Assembly: GCA_964508705.1 (NCBI GenBank)
Contig: CAZDUS010000001.1
Span: 80,799 to 144,798 of the forward strand
DNA length: 64,000 bases
Origin: an uncultured Verrucomicrobiota bacterium
GTDB taxonomy: Bacteria; Verrucomicrobiota; Kiritimatiellia; CAIKKV01; CAITUY01
Reading direction: 5' to 3'
Below the pieces are notes generated by a model. The model saw nothing but the letters and a program-made list of their open reading frames with translations, made no database searches and was not told where the DNA came from. Each line of letters begins with the position of its first letter. Position 1 is the first letter of the stretch. Positions 1 through 10,295 of the stretch are shown here, in pieces. The translations under genes and the position numbers were made by a program.

Positions 1-241
1 CCAGCACCGGCACACCCAGGTCATACAACGCCGGATCGCAAAGCGGCGACCCCTTGTCTAGAACACTAGCTGGCCCACCGGAAAGAATGATCCCCGCCGG
101 CTTGCGCGCCGCCAGCACGGAGGCGGGCGTGTCAAACCTCAACAACTCGGAATACACCTTCTGCTCACGCACGCGTCGCGCGATCAACTGGCTGTACTGC
201 GACCCAAAATCAAGTATGGCGATCCAATTGTGCCCCTGCAT
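1..241 (-). CDS. guaA: GMP synthase (glutamine-hydrolysing), N-terminal part only; gene runs off the left edge
   Basis: Not in the ORF track because it is truncated. Reverse translation from ATG 241..239 gives [34 protein letters not shown]...[12 protein letters not shown]. This is the class-I amidotransferase N-terminus typical of GMP synthase. It starts 4 nt after the carA stop. Confidence 0.8.
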   Translation of the reverse strand, partial: MQGHNWIAILDFGSQYSQLIARRVREQKVYSELLRFDTPASVLAARKPAGIILSGGPASVLDKGSPLCDPALYDLGVPVL

Positions 242-245
242 AATC

Positions 246-1403
246 TTAAGCCTCCCGGATCAATTTGCGGAAATTCTCAAACAGATAGTATGGATCATGG
301 GGCCCAGGCGCCGCCTCAGGATGATACTGCACACAGAACATCGGCTCCTTGCGATGCTTCAACCCCTCAACCGTCTGGTCGTTGAGATTGATATGCGTGA
401 TCTCCACAGCCCCCTTGTCCAGCGATTCAGGATCCACGGAGAAATTGTGGTTCTGCGAGGTGATTTCCACCGCCCCCGTCTGTAGGTTCTTGACCGGATG
501 ATTACACCCGTGATGCCCAAATTTCAACCGGAAGGTCTTACCCCCGCAGGCCAAACCTAGAAGTTGGTGCCCCAGGCAAATCCCCATCATCGGCACCTTC
601 CCAAGCAATGTCTTCGCCGCGTCAATCGCGTAAGTCACCGCCGCCGGGTCCGCCGGCCCATTGGATAGGAAGACCCCGTCCGGCTTCATCGCTAGCACAT
701 CCGCCGCAGGCGTCATCGCCGGAACCACCATCACGTCCATGCCGTGCAGTCGCAATCCGCGCAGGATGTTCCACTTGATCCCGAAATCATAAGCCACAAT
801 CCTTAAATCAACCGAAGGCAATGTCTCCGCCACACCCCACGAGGTCGTCAGCGTTCCATCCTCATCCCAGCGATACGCCTCCTTGCAGGAAACCTTGCTG
901 GCATAATCCTGACCGTCCAACCCGCACCACTCCTTGGCCTGCTTCACCGCATCAGCCTCACTAACCTTGCCTGTCACGCACAGGAAAGCCCGCTGGGTCC
1001 CCTCTGTCCGCACCTTGGTCGTCAGCACTCGCGTGTCGATCCCGGCAATGGCGGGAATGTTCGCGCGGACTAGATGTTCCGTCAGAGACCCTTCCTCGCG
1101 CCAGTTGCTGGGTGTATTCATCGAATGCATGATGAACCCATTGGCGAAAAGCTTCCGGCTCTCCATATCTGCCTTGTTCATCCCCGTATTGCCGATTTCC
1201 GGATAGGTCATGGTCACGAACTGACCGCTATACGACGGATCGCTCAAAATTTCCTGATATCCGCTCATCCCCGTGTTAAACACCACTTCGCCCAGCGAAT
1301 CAGTGGGAGCGCCGACGGAATGACCGCGCAGAATGGTGCCATCCTGCATAGCCAGAAACGCATTCTTGGCGCGTTGTTCTTTCCAATTCCATTGTGAAGA
1401 CAT
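246..1403 (-). CDS. carA: Carbamoyl-phosphate synthase small (glutaminase) subunit
   Basis: The tracked ORF 246..1469 carries [10 protein letters not shown] (nucleophile Cys) and [14 protein letters not shown] place the start at ATG 1403 ([23 protein letters not shown]), because the 22 codons upstream have no family counterpart. Confidence 0.9.
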   Translation of the reverse strand: MSSQWNWKEQRAKNAFLAMQDGTILRGHSVGAPTDSLGEVVFNTGMSGYQEILSDPSYSGQFVTMTYPEIGNTGMNKADMESRKLFANGFIMHSMNTPSNWREEGSLTEHLVRANIPAIAGIDTRVLTTKVRTEGTQRAFLCVTGKVSEADAVKQAKEWCGLDGQDYASKVSCKEAYRWDEDGTLTTSWGVAETLPSVDLRIVAYDFGIKWNILRGLRLHGMDVMVVPAMTPAADVLAMKPDGVFLSNGPADPAAVTYAIDAAKTLLGKVPMMGICLGHQLLGLACGGKTFRLKFGHHGCNHPVKNLQTGAVEITSQNHNFSVDPESLDKGAVEITHINLNDQTVEGLKHRKEPMFCVQYHPEAAPGPHDPYYLFENFRKLIREA

Positions 1404-1535
1404 ATCGCAAAGCTCCTCTGAAAAAAGTTCGCGTAGTCTATCCATTTCCCCCCGGAATGGCAACGCCAACGCAAATATTTGTCAGGCAAAGTTTTAAACA
1501 CCATCAATCCGTCAGATACGACCGATCCGTCCGAA

Positions 1536-1778
1536 TCAATACGTAAACAAATCCCCCAACCCGCAATTCATACCCGCCGCCTTATTGTAGGCATTCACAA
1601 TCTTGAACTGCACATGCCGCGTCAACCGTCGCCCCTTGCAGGCACGGGACACCATCTTGTGCGTAATCTGCTCCGTCGAGGCCGCCACCAGATCCTTCGC
1701 CTTCAGCCCACGCTCCGCCATCAGCCGCGCAATCGGCTGCTCCCCAAGATTCCTGACCACCTCTTCACTGTTTTCCAT
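1536..1778 (-). CDS. Small helix-turn-helix (XRE-like) protein, function unknown
   Basis: 80-aa ORF with an ATG start. The segment LMAERGLKAKDLVAASTEQITHKMVSRACKG looks like a short HTH module. Assignment is by eye only. Confidence 0.4.
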   Translation of the reverse strand: MENSEEVVRNLGEQPIARLMAERGLKAKDLVAASTEQITHKMVSRACKGRRLTRHVQFKIVNAYNKAAGMNCGLGDLFTY

Positions 1779-1960
1779 GGCGCAGGACTTCTTACTCTCA
1801 CTCCCCCCCGTTTTCCAGCACCATGTAATAGCGATTCAATAATGCGGCGTCCCTTGGATATCTCTATCTTAATCGTAATCTTAATCTGCTGTTCCATATC
1901 TGCGCTTCCCGCCCGGATCTCTCCCTCTCCAATCCTCCCTCTGTTCATCCATGCCTCATT

Positions 1961-1969
1961 TGCTATAAT
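1961..1969 (+). promoter_or_regulatory. Candidate extended -10 promoter element (TGCTATAAT) for hydG
   Basis: TGnTATAAT lies at 1961-1969, 27 nt before the hydG ATG. The -35 region is poor (CTGTTC at 1941-1946). Confidence 0.3.
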
Positions 1970-1995
1970 ACGTATTTTCCATGGAACACTGATTC

Positions 1996-3393
1996 ATGAA
2001 TACACAAGAGCTCAAGAGCCCAATCAACGAAGCCGCCATCGCCTCCACACTGGAATCGGCCGCCCGCTCCGACGCCTCCCTTGTCCGTGACGTCCTCACC
2101 AAAGCCCGCGAACTCAAGGGGCTCTCTCACGCCGACGTCGCCGTCCTCGCCTCCATTAGCGACCCCGACCTCCTGCGCGAATTATTCGCGGCCGCCAATA
2201 AGCTCAAGGAGCAAATCTACGGAAAACGCATCGTCATCTTTGCCCCGCTCTACATTTCAAACCTGTGCGCGAACGACTGCCTCTACTGCGCTTTCAGGTC
2301 GCGCAACACAGAACTTAAACGTCTCGCCCTGTCCCAGGCCGAAATCGCCGAGGAAACCCGTATCCTGATCCGGCAGGGACACAAGCGGGTCCTCCTGGTC
2401 GCCGGCGAATCCTACCCCCGCGAGGGATTTTCCTATGTCCTGAAATCCATCGAAACCGTTTACAGCGTCCGCGAAAACCACGGCGAAATCCGCCGCGTGA
2501 ACGTCAATGTTGCGCCTCTGACCGTCGATGAATTCCGCCAGCTCCACGCCGCAAAAATCGGCACCTATCAACTCTTTCAGGAAACCTATCACCGCGCCAC
2601 CTACGACGCCGTACATGTCACTGGCAGGAAAAAGGACTATCTCTGGCGTATCACCGCGCCGGAACGCGCCATCCAGGCCGGCATCGACGACATCGGTATC
2701 GGCGTCCTATTCGGTTTGGCTGATTGGCGCTTTGAATTGCTGGCCTTGCTTCAGCATTGCCATCATCTTGAATCGAATTTCGGCGTCGGCCCTCACACCA
2801 TTAGCGTTCCCCGCCTCGAACCCGCCTCGGGCTCCGATATCGCGACCCACCCGCCCAAGCCGGTGTCGGATATCGATTTCCGTAAAATTGTCGCCATCCT
2901 GCGCCTCGCCGTCCCCTACACCGGCATCATCATGTCCACCAGGGAAAATCCCAACATCCGGCGCGAGACATTCGCGCTCGGCGTGTCCCAGATTTCAGCC
3001 GGAAGCCGCACCAACCCCGGCGGCTATGGCGATGGCCAAAAGGAAGACTTCAGCCAGTTCTCCCTTGGCGATCACCGATCCCTCGATGAAGTCGTCCGGG
3101 ACGTCGCCCAGCTCGGCCATATTCCATCCTTCTGCACCTCCTGCTACCGGCTCGGTCGCACAGGCGCCGATTTCATGGACCTGGCCAAGCCCGGCGAAAT
3201 TAAATACCACTGCGACCCCAACGCGCTCTCAACCTTCTTGGAATACCTCATCGACTACGCCTCGCCAGAAACCCGGCAGGCGGGCGAGCAACTCATCGCC
3301 GGCACCCTCGCACGCATGAACCCGCTCCAGCGCGCCACATCACAAAGTCTGATGGATGATGTCCGCGCCGGGAAACGAGATGTCTTCTGCTGA
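1996..3393 (+). CDS. hydG: [FeFe]-hydrogenase maturase HydG (radical SAM tyrosine lyase family)
   Basis: 465 aa. It has the radical-SAM motif CANDCLYC and a C-terminal CTSC-(22 residues)-C, i.e. the CX2CX22C motif that separates HydG from ThiH. Confidence 0.85.
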   Translation: MNTQELKSPINEAAIASTLESAARSDASLVRDVLTKARELKGLSHADVAVLASISDPDLLRELFAAANKLKEQIYGKRIVIFAPLYISNLCANDCLYCAFRSRNTELKRLALSQAEIAEETRILIRQGHKRVLLVAGESYPREGFSYVLKSIETVYSVRENHGEIRRVNVNVAPLTVDEFRQLHAAKIGTYQLFQETYHRATYDAVHVTGRKKDYLWRITAPERAIQAGIDDIGIGVLFGLADWRFELLALLQHCHHLESNFGVGPHTISVPRLEPASGSDIATHPPKPVSDIDFRKIVAILRLAVPYTGIIMSTRENPNIRRETFALGVSQISAGSRTNPGGYGDGQKEDFSQFSLGDHRSLDEVVRDVAQLGHIPSFCTSCYRLGRTGADFMDLAKPGEIKYHCDPNALSTFLEYLIDYASPETRQAGEQLIAGTLARMNPLQRATSQSLMDDVRAGKRDVFC

Positions 3394-3400
3394 GTCCACC

Positions 3401-3757
3401 ATGCCAGCTTATCCATTAAAAAAACGCGTGATCTCAACCCTGCCCTCCAAGCTTCAGGACGGCGGAATCCCGTTCTCAAAACTCATCGCGCCTTTCATCA
3501 AGACCCTGCGTCTCGAGGAAACACGAAGCGTTAACCACCTTCAGGAACGATGGGAGTCCACCGTCGGCAAAGCCGTGGCCGCCCATACCAGACCTGGAAT
3601 CCTGAATAACGGTGACCTGACCATTTATGTCGATAGCTCACCGTGGCTCAGCGAGCTCAAGCGATACGCCTCACGGGAACTGCTGGCTAATCTGCAGACG
3701 GCTTTCGGGAAGGATGTCATTCGGACCGTGCGGCTCCAGTTGGACCCCGGGCGCTGA
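3401..3757 (+). CDS. DUF721 (DciA-like) protein
   Basis: WESTVGKAVAAHTRPGILNNGDLTIYVDSSPWLSELKRYASRELLANL matches the DUF721 pattern. The start is taken at ATG 3401, just after the hydG stop at 3391-3393. Confidence 0.7.
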   Translation: MPAYPLKKRVISTLPSKLQDGGIPFSKLIAPFIKTLRLEETRSVNHLQERWESTVGKAVAAHTRPGILNNGDLTIYVDSSPWLSELKRYASRELLANLQTAFGKDVIRTVRLQLDPGR

Positions 3758-3759
3758 CG

Positions 3760-6177
3760 TCAGAATAATTCCGGCAGGACCGACTTGGCCTTTGCGCCAA
3801 GCTCAGGAGCCACGCTAACCGCCTCGTTCGCCAGTTCACTCGCCAGCTTCTTTGAACTCTTGCTACCGGCGCCAGCCTCCAGCACATATGCCGCAGCGCC
3901 CAACAATGGCCGCCCGGCCTCCGGCTTGGCAACCCCTCCCGCACCCTTGTACTCCGTGATAAACCTTATTATCTGCGCCGGCGAAACATCCGTCCAAGGC
4001 ACGGGGCCCCCACGAACCATCACGTTATTCTCGTCCGCCCCCAAGACATCACGGCTGGGGACACCATTCACCAGCCATCCATACCGGAATCCTGATTCCG
4101 GATGCTTCTTGAAATCATTGCGTATCCCTTCAATGATAAAAGCCTTGAGCTCCATCATCATCTGATACCGCTCCACCGCCGCCGCATGCTCAGCCATCCC
4201 TTGTGTGGACTTAATTCCTGTTCCAATAGCCGACATTGCCTCAAAGGCCTGCTTGAATTGGTTTTTCTGCATCAGCGCCGCATTGGATTTCCGAGTCTTC
4301 TGAATCAAAGCCATCTCGGCCGGCGCCTTCTTCTCAATGGCTTCCTGTTGGCGCCGTTTCGCCTCTTCCGCCTTTTGCTTCTTCTCCGCCGCCAACCGCT
4401 CCTTCTCCAGCTTGGCTTTCTCCGCCTTCTGCACCCTGGCCAAGTCCGCAATTCGCTTATCCATCTCCGCAAGCGCTTTCAATGCCGTCTCGCCTCGCGA
4501 AACTTCCGCTTCCAATGCTGCATACTTCGCCTGCGACAAGCCCGGCAGGTTCGTCAACGTCAGCAAAATGGCTTCCGCCTGCGCGGAATTGGTGGATTGA
4601 TATATCGCCTCCCGCCCGATATTCAGCGAATTCGTTACACCCCTCACTTCGGCCAAGGCCTGCGCAACCGACTCCGTGGCCAGTTTTTTCACGTCAGCCA
4701 CCATCGGCGGCACCTTGACCGCCACCTCGTTAATCACAGCCTCATCCAGAAGATTATTGGTCTCGCTTGCCATACTGGCAAACAAGGCCTCTGCCTCCTT
4801 TACCCAGGCCCTGACAAACTCCGTTCGTTTGGCTGACTTGATCATCAGCGTGTAGATATCGCTCCATATCTTGTTGGCCTGCGTCTTGATCTCCTCCAGC
4901 CGGACCGCATCCGTCTGCTCGGCCGTCAATCGCGCTTTATCGGCGTTTGCTTTCTTAACCCACGCCGTCACTCCTCCAATAAGCGACAGGAGCACCACCA
5001 CAGAACTGGCGATTAAAATCAACTTCTTGTGCTTCGTCCAAAGTGTCTGCGAAACAGGTTCCTCATCAAGCGAAATAGGCTCCTCAATAGCGCCCGAAAC
5101 CACAGTCAGCGGCCCTGTCGTCTGCTGTTGCCCTACCGTTATCACCGCCTTTTTCTTCGTCAGGACAATCTTGCCGTCTCGCTTGGAAAGCGCCGCCGGG
5201 GCCGCTTGAACCGGTATTGGCTTCAGCTTCAAGAACACCTTATGCATGTCGCTCAACAAAGATGCATAGGTCGGATAACGTCGCGCAGATTCCTTCTCCA
5301 GCATACGCGCCACAATGGCCGCCACTTCCGGATCCACGTCCGGACGGATCGTTCGCACGTCCGGAGCCGGGGCAGCCAGTCGCGCCTTAACCACGGCGAT
5401 CGGCGTCTCCCCATCAAAAGGAGGCTTCAACGTCAACATGTGGAATAACGTCGCGCCCAGACTGTAAATGTCTGATTTCGCATCGCCCTGATGGCCTCGC
5501 ACCTTTTCCGGCGCAATGTAGTATGGCGTCCCCCATATCCCCTGCGATGTCGCACCCGCCTCGGCCTTCTTCTTGAACTGCGCCAACCCGAAGTCCACCA
5601 CCTTGGCCACCCCGTTACCATCCATCAGGATGTTTTCAGGCTTAACATCACCGTGAACCAACCCAATGCCCGCCGCCGCGCTCAACCCTTCCGCCGTCTC
5701 AAGCACTATCTTGAAGGCCTGGGTCTCATTCATCATTTCACCGAGGGACATCATCTGGTCCACCCGCCCGCCCTCAAGCAACTCCATCACCATGTACGGT
5801 TGCCCATGCTCCATCCCGAATGAGTAAATCTGCACGATGTTGGGATGGTTCAATGCAGCCGCCGCCTTGGCCTCATTCCTGAAAGTCGCCACAAACTCCG
5901 GATTGGACCCGAGTGACTTCAACAAGACCTTCACGGCCACCAATCGCCCAAGGGCGATGTCTTTCCCCCGATAAACCGCGCCCATTCCCCCTTTGCCCAG
6001 CAGTTCAACCAACAGGAATGCGCCTAGCCGCGCCGGCACCAATTGGGGAGTGTGACACGCCGGACAAACAATCTCCTCAAAAGAAGGTATTCCCGCCACA
6101 TCGAAAGCGTGCTGGCAGGAAGAGCATGTCATTTCTGAAACTTGCTCTGTTAATATTTCCGTTTGTTGCGATTCCAT
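3760..6177 (-). CDS. Ser/Thr protein kinase with N-terminal zinc ribbon, one TM helix and a long K/E-rich coiled-coil ectodomain
   Basis: Hanks kinase motifs are present: GKGGMGAVY, VAVK, HGDVKPENIL, DFG, and GTPYYIAPE. The N-terminus has CSSC...CPAC. The TM segment is LILIASSVVVLLSLIGGVTAWV. A lysine/glutamate-rich region follows (AEKAKLEKERLAAEKKQKAEEAKRRQQ). Confidence 0.85.
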   Translation of the reverse strand: MESQQTEILTEQVSEMTCSSCQHAFDVAGIPSFEEIVCPACHTPQLVPARLGAFLLVELLGKGGMGAVYRGKDIALGRLVAVKVLLKSLGSNPEFVATFRNEAKAAAALNHPNIVQIYSFGMEHGQPYMVMELLEGGRVDQMMSLGEMMNETQAFKIVLETAEGLSAAAGIGLVHGDVKPENILMDGNGVAKVVDFGLAQFKKKAEAGATSQGIWGTPYYIAPEKVRGHQGDAKSDIYSLGATLFHMLTLKPPFDGETPIAVVKARLAAPAPDVRTIRPDVDPEVAAIVARMLEKESARRYPTYASLLSDMHKVFLKLKPIPVQAAPAALSKRDGKIVLTKKKAVITVGQQQTTGPLTVVSGAIEEPISLDEEPVSQTLWTKHKKLILIASSVVVLLSLIGGVTAWVKKANADKARLTAEQTDAVRLEEIKTQANKIWSDIYTLMIKSAKRTEFVRAWVKEAEALFASMASETNNLLDEAVINEVAVKVPPMVADVKKLATESVAQALAEVRGVTNSLNIGREAIYQSTNSAQAEAILLTLTNLPGLSQAKYAALEAEVSRGETALKALAEMDKRIADLARVQKAEKAKLEKERLAAEKKQKAEEAKRRQQEAIEKKAPAEMALIQKTRKSNAALMQKNQFKQAFEAMSAIGTGIKSTQGMAEHAAAVERYQMMMELKAFIIEGIRNDFKKHPESGFRYGWLVNGVPSRDVLGADENNVMVRGGPVPWTDVSPAQIIRFITEYKGAGGVAKPEAGRPLLGAAAYVLEAGAGSKSSKKLASELANEAVSVAPELGAKAKSVLPELF

Positions 6178-6249
6178 AGTCGGGAATATATTGTGTCTTC
6201 AGCAATCTATTGTGCATAGTAAGGAAATGATGTCCATAGGAATGTAGAA

Positions 6250-7008
6250 ATGATCGATCCAATTTGTTTCCATATCGGTTCAAGACCTGTCTACTGGTTC
6301 GGCCTCCTGATGGCCTCAGCCTTCATGGCCGCCATGCTCCACTGGACCCTTCTCGGCAGGAAAACCGGACGCGACACCTCCATCGCCGGCGACCTCGCCC
6401 TGTGGCTCATGATCGGCGGCGTCGCGGGCGCCCGAGTCGCCTACGTCATCGCCAATTTCAGCTACTTCAAAAACGCCCCCATGGAAATCATCCGCGTGGA
6501 TCAAGGCGGCCTGGTATTCTACGGCGGTCTCATCGGCGCCACCATCACCCTCCATGTCCTGTCAAAACGATACCACGAATCCTTCCTCTCCCTCGCCGAC
6601 TTCACCGTAACCGCCCTCCCCCTGGGCCACGCCCTCGGCCGTATCGGCTGTTTCCTGAACGGCTGTTGCCACGGACGCCTGGTCGATTACCCCTCCTGCT
6701 CCACCTTCTGGCTCTCCCGCTACCCCGTCCAATTATTCGAGGCCGCCTTCAATCTCATCGTCTACCTCCTGCTGCTCCGGGTTTTCATCAGAAAAACTCC
6801 CCACAACCCACCCGGCCTGTTGCTCGCCCTGTACCTGATCATCTACCCAATCGGCCGTTTCATGCTGGAATTCCTGCGGGGTGATGACCGCCTGCAAGCG
6901 GGATTCCTGAACGCCGCCCAACTCATCAGCCTCGGCTTGATTGCCGCCGGCCTCATCATGTGGACCCTCCTTCGCCGCCATGAAAGAAACCTTCATCGTA
7001 AAGCCTGA
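6250..7008 (+). CDS. lgt: Prolipoprotein diacylglyceryl transferase
   Basis: 252-aa polytopic protein with FYGGLIGA and GRIGCFLNGCCHG motifs. Confidence 0.9.
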   Translation: MIDPICFHIGSRPVYWFGLLMASAFMAAMLHWTLLGRKTGRDTSIAGDLALWLMIGGVAGARVAYVIANFSYFKNAPMEIIRVDQGGLVFYGGLIGATITLHVLSKRYHESFLSLADFTVTALPLGHALGRIGCFLNGCCHGRLVDYPSCSTFWLSRYPVQLFEAAFNLIVYLLLLRVFIRKTPHNPPGLLLALYLIIYPIGRFMLEFLRGDDRLQAGFLNAAQLISLGLIAAGLIMWTLLRRHERNLHRKA

Positions 7009-7906
7009 GGGCTACGGAAAACGTCTCGACGTCTGGTTGAGTTCCAACCTCACCACCCTGTCGCGCTCCCGAATCCAATCCCTGATCGAATCCGGTCATA
7101 TCCGCCTGAATGACCGCCCGGTCAAGCCGGGCCAGAAACTTCCACGCCAGGCCACCGTAACCGTCGAAGTCCCCCCTCCCGCAGAGTCCTCCCTCCTGCC
7201 CGAAGCCATCCCGCTGGATGTCCTCCACGAGGATGCCGACATCATTGTCATCAATAAGCCGGCCGGCCTAGTTGTTCACCCCGCCGCGGGCCATACCTCG
7301 GGAACCCTTGTAAACGCCCTTCTCGCCCATTGCCCAGACCTCGCCGGAATAGGTGGCGAGAAACGCCCCGGCATCGTCCATCGTCTGGATCGGGACACAA
7401 CCGGCGTCATGGTCGTCGCCAAAAACGCCCACGCCATGGCCTCTCTCGTCAGCCAGTTCCGGCACCGCAAAGTCACCAAGGAATACCTCGCCCTCGTCTG
7501 GGGAATACCCCGCCCCCCCAACGGGCGCGCCGAAACCCTGATTGGCCGTCACCCGCGCGACCGCAAGCGTATGAGCGCCACTCCCATCTCCGGACGCCCG
7601 GCCATTACCTCCTACGAAACAGCGGAAACCTTCCAGGACACCGCCCTCCTCCGAGTGAAAATCGAGACCGGCCGCACACACCAGATCCGCGTCCATATGA
7701 CCTTCCTTGGCCACCCCATTGTTGGCGACCCTCAATACGGGCGCCGCGGAAAATTCGAGCTCCCAATCCCTTGTCCAGACCGTCAGATGCTCCACGCCGC
7801 CCGTCTCTCCCTCCTCCACCCGCGCACCGGCTCCCCCATGATCTTCGAAGCTCCTCTCCCCACTGACATGGCCACCCTCCTCTCCTCCCTCCGCTCCGAA
7901 GTCTAA
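6980..7906 (+). CDS. rluD: RluD-type 23S rRNA pseudouridine synthase
   Basis: It has an S4 domain (RLDVWLSSNL...SRSRIQSLI) and the catalytic HRLDRDTTGVMVVAKN. The start is taken at ATG 6980 (MKETFIV) and overlaps the lgt end. Confidence 0.9.
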   Translation: MKETFIVKPEGYGKRLDVWLSSNLTTLSRSRIQSLIESGHIRLNDRPVKPGQKLPRQATVTVEVPPPAESSLLPEAIPLDVLHEDADIIVINKPAGLVVHPAAGHTSGTLVNALLAHCPDLAGIGGEKRPGIVHRLDRDTTGVMVVAKNAHAMASLVSQFRHRKVTKEYLALVWGIPRPPNGRAETLIGRHPRDRKRMSATPISGRPAITSYETAETFQDTALLRVKIETGRTHQIRVHMTFLGHPIVGDPQYGRRGKFELPIPCPDRQMLHAARLSLLHPRTGSPMIFEAPLPTDMATLLSSLRSEV

Positions 7907-8015
7907 TGTCCAAATTCTCCCTCCTGAACCCTCCATTTCTCCTTCCCCGCTCTCTTGCAACCCCGCAGGCTTTGTGATAGCTATTGCGCTCCAAAAACAA
8001 AATCAGGAACACGTT

Positions 8016-9257
8016 ATGCAGGAATTCAGCTATCGTTCAGGAAAACTTTTTGCCGAAGACGTCGCCATCGAGGACTTGGCCAATCGCTACGGCACTCCCC
8101 TCTACATCTACAGCCGCTCCCACTTGCGCGAACGCTATCGCGCCATCGCTTCCGCCATGGCCGACACCAAACCGCTCATCTGCTATTCAGTCAAGGCAAA
8201 CTCCAATGCAGCCGTCATCAAAACCCTCGCCGCCGAAGGTTCGGGATTCGATATCGTCTCCGGGGGTGAATTGTTCCGCGTCCTCAAGGCTGGCGGCGTC
8301 GCCAACAAGATCGTGTTCGCAGGCGTTGGCAAGACACGCGAGGAAATCGAATACGCCCTGACAGAGCAAATCCTGTTCTTCACCGTGGAGTCGGAGCCGG
8401 AAGCCCAGCGTATTTCCGAATGCGCCAAGCGCCTCGGCCTCAAGGCTCGCATCGCCTTCCGCGTCAACCCCGACGTTGACCCCAAGACACACAAGTACAT
8501 CAGCACCGGCAAGAAGGAAAACAAGTTCGGCTTGGATTTGGAGCGCGCCCTCAAGGCCTACGAAAGCGCCGCCACACTTCCAAACATCGAAATCGCCGGA
8601 TTGCACGTCCACATTGGATCGCAAATCCTCGCCGCCGATCCGTTTGGCGAGGCGCTCCAGAAAATCAAGTCGGTGTGCCTGCAACTTAAAGCCAAGTACC
8701 CCACCTTCCGCTATCTGGATATCGGCGGCGGACTCGGCATCAAGTACAAGCCGGAACAGGAATCCCTGTCGCCCTCCGCCTACGCCGCAACCGTGATGCC
8801 AACCTTGAATGAGATCGGCTTGCAGGTGGTCATGGAACCGGGACGCAGCATCGTTGGCAATGCCGGCGTTCTCGTCAGCCGAGTCCAATACGTCAAGGCG
8901 AGCCACTTCAAGACCTTCATCGTGGCCGACGCCGCCATGAACGACCTCATCCGCCCGTCTCTCTATCAAGCCCACCACGAAATCCTGCCGGTAACCGCCA
9001 CGGAAAAAAAAGTCATCGGCGACCTCGTCGGACCGATTTGCGAGTCCGGCGACTTCATCGCGCAGGACCGCGAACTCCCGGCCGTCGGCGAAGGCGACTT
9101 GCTGGTCGCCCTCAGCGCCGGTGCCTACGGATTTTCAATGGCGTCAACTTACAACAGCCGCCTGCGCCCCGCCGAAGTCATGGTGGATGGCAAAGTCGCC
9201 ACCTTGATCCGACGACGCGAAACACGCGAAGAGTTGATTGCCGCAGAATGCACTTGA
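8016..9257 (+). CDS. lysA: Diaminopimelate decarboxylase
   Basis: Supporting motifs are TPLYIYS, the PLP-lysine context ICYSVKANSN, DIGGGLGI and CESGD. The start is at ATG 8016 (MQEFSY). Confidence 0.9.
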   Translation: MQEFSYRSGKLFAEDVAIEDLANRYGTPLYIYSRSHLRERYRAIASAMADTKPLICYSVKANSNAAVIKTLAAEGSGFDIVSGGELFRVLKAGGVANKIVFAGVGKTREEIEYALTEQILFFTVESEPEAQRISECAKRLGLKARIAFRVNPDVDPKTHKYISTGKKENKFGLDLERALKAYESAATLPNIEIAGLHVHIGSQILAADPFGEALQKIKSVCLQLKAKYPTFRYLDIGGGLGIKYKPEQESLSPSAYAATVMPTLNEIGLQVVMEPGRSIVGNAGVLVSRVQYVKASHFKTFIVADAAMNDLIRPSLYQAHHEILPVTATEKKVIGDLVGPICESGDFIAQDRELPAVGEGDLLVALSAGAYGFSMASTYNSRLRPAEVMVDGKVATLIRRRETREELIAAECT

Positions 9258-9266
9258 AATTTACGT

Positions 9267-9301
9267 CCTGAAATCTCATACCTCATACCTGAATTCAATA
9301 T
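9267..9301 (+). repeat. 7-nt-periodic spacer (CCTGAAA TCTCATA CCTCATA CCTGAAT TCAATAT) between lysA and dapA
   Basis: Read directly from the sequence. It belongs to the CTGAA-type heptad family listed in the findings. Confidence 0.6.
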
Positions 9302-9329
9302 TGCCCCACAGTTTAAGGGAGAAGACATC

Positions 9330-10199
9330 ATGTTTACAGGCGCCTATACAGCACTCGTCACACCGTTTAACAGCAGTGGTAGCGTGGACTATGGAAAACT
9401 CCGCGCCCTCGTTGCCATGCAAATCGAAGGCGGAATGGACGGTATCGTTCCTGTCGGCACCACCGGGGAATCACCCACCGTGGATGTCGATGAGCATGAA
9501 AAAATTATCGAGACCTGTATTGCCGCAGGCAAAGGCAAACTCAAGGTCATCGCGGGAACCGGTGCCAACTCCACTGCCGAGGCACTGACCTTGACCAGAC
9601 ACGCTTTGGACGCCGGAGCGGATGGCACGCTTCAGGTCACCCCGTATTACAACAAGCCGAATCAGGAAGGTTTATACCGCCACTTCTCCGCCGTCGCCGA
9701 CCTCGGTCTGCCCGTTGTGCTATACAATGTTCCCGGCCGGTCCGGTCGCGAGATCGATATTTCCACCGTGGCCCGACTCGCCAGTCATCCCAAGGTGGTC
9801 GCCATTAAGGAAGCCGCCGGCAGCGTGGACCGCGTTAGCTCCATCCTGCGCGCCTGCTCACTCACCGTGCTTTCCGGCGACGACTCCCTGACACTTCCGA
9901 TGATGGCCGTCGGCGGCAAGGGTGTCATCAGCGTTGCCTCGAACATCGCACCGAAACCGGTGGCCGACATGGTGCATGCTGCCGCAGCCGGACGTTGGGC
10001 CGAGGCGCAAGCCTTGCACGCCAAATACCACCGCCTCTTCACCGATATCTTCATCGACACCAATCCCATTCCCATCAAGGCCGCCATGGCCATGGCCGGG
10101 TTGATCGAGGAAACCTATCGCCTGCCCCTGTGCGAAACCACAGCGGCGAACAAAAAGAAACTGGCGGAATGCTTGAAGGAAATCGGTCTCCTGCCTTGA
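9330..10199 (+). CDS. dapA: 4-hydroxy-tetrahydrodipicolinate synthase
   Basis: 289 aa with VPVGTTGES, YNVPGRSG and the family-typical length. Confidence 0.92.
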   Translation: MFTGAYTALVTPFNSSGSVDYGKLRALVAMQIEGGMDGIVPVGTTGESPTVDVDEHEKIIETCIAAGKGKLKVIAGTGANSTAEALTLTRHALDAGADGTLQVTPYYNKPNQEGLYRHFSAVADLGLPVVLYNVPGRSGREIDISTVARLASHPKVVAIKEAAGSVDRVSSILRACSLTVLSGDDSLTLPMMAVGGKGVISVASNIAPKPVADMVHAAAAGRWAEAQALHAKYHRLFTDIFIDTNPIPIKAAMAMAGLIEETYRLPLCETTAANKKKLAECLKEIGLLP

Positions 10200-10206
10200 C
10201 CTTGGT

Positions 10207-10230
10207 GTAGTAGCCCGTGTCCTCACGGGC
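10207..10230 (+). repeat. REP-like element: GTAG followed by hairpin GCCCGTG-TCCT-CACGGGC; probable terminator after dapA
   Basis: A perfect 7-bp stem begins 8 nt after the dapA stop and is preceded by the GTAG tetranucleotide. Confidence 0.6.
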
Positions 10231-10248
10231 GCTCTTAATGTATGGAAT

Positions 10249-10266
10249 GCGACTACTTGACGCCGC
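10249..10266 (+). repeat. Degenerate copy of the GCTTGA-loop 18-mer hairpin family
   Basis: GCGACTACTTGACGCCGC matches the reverse complement of the 57349-57366 element at 15 of 18 positions. CTTGACGCCGCTTTCC (10256-10271) differs by 1 nt from 57274-57289. Confidence 0.4.
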
Positions 10267-10295
10267 TTTCCCAATTGGGCGCTTGTCCTCGCCCC

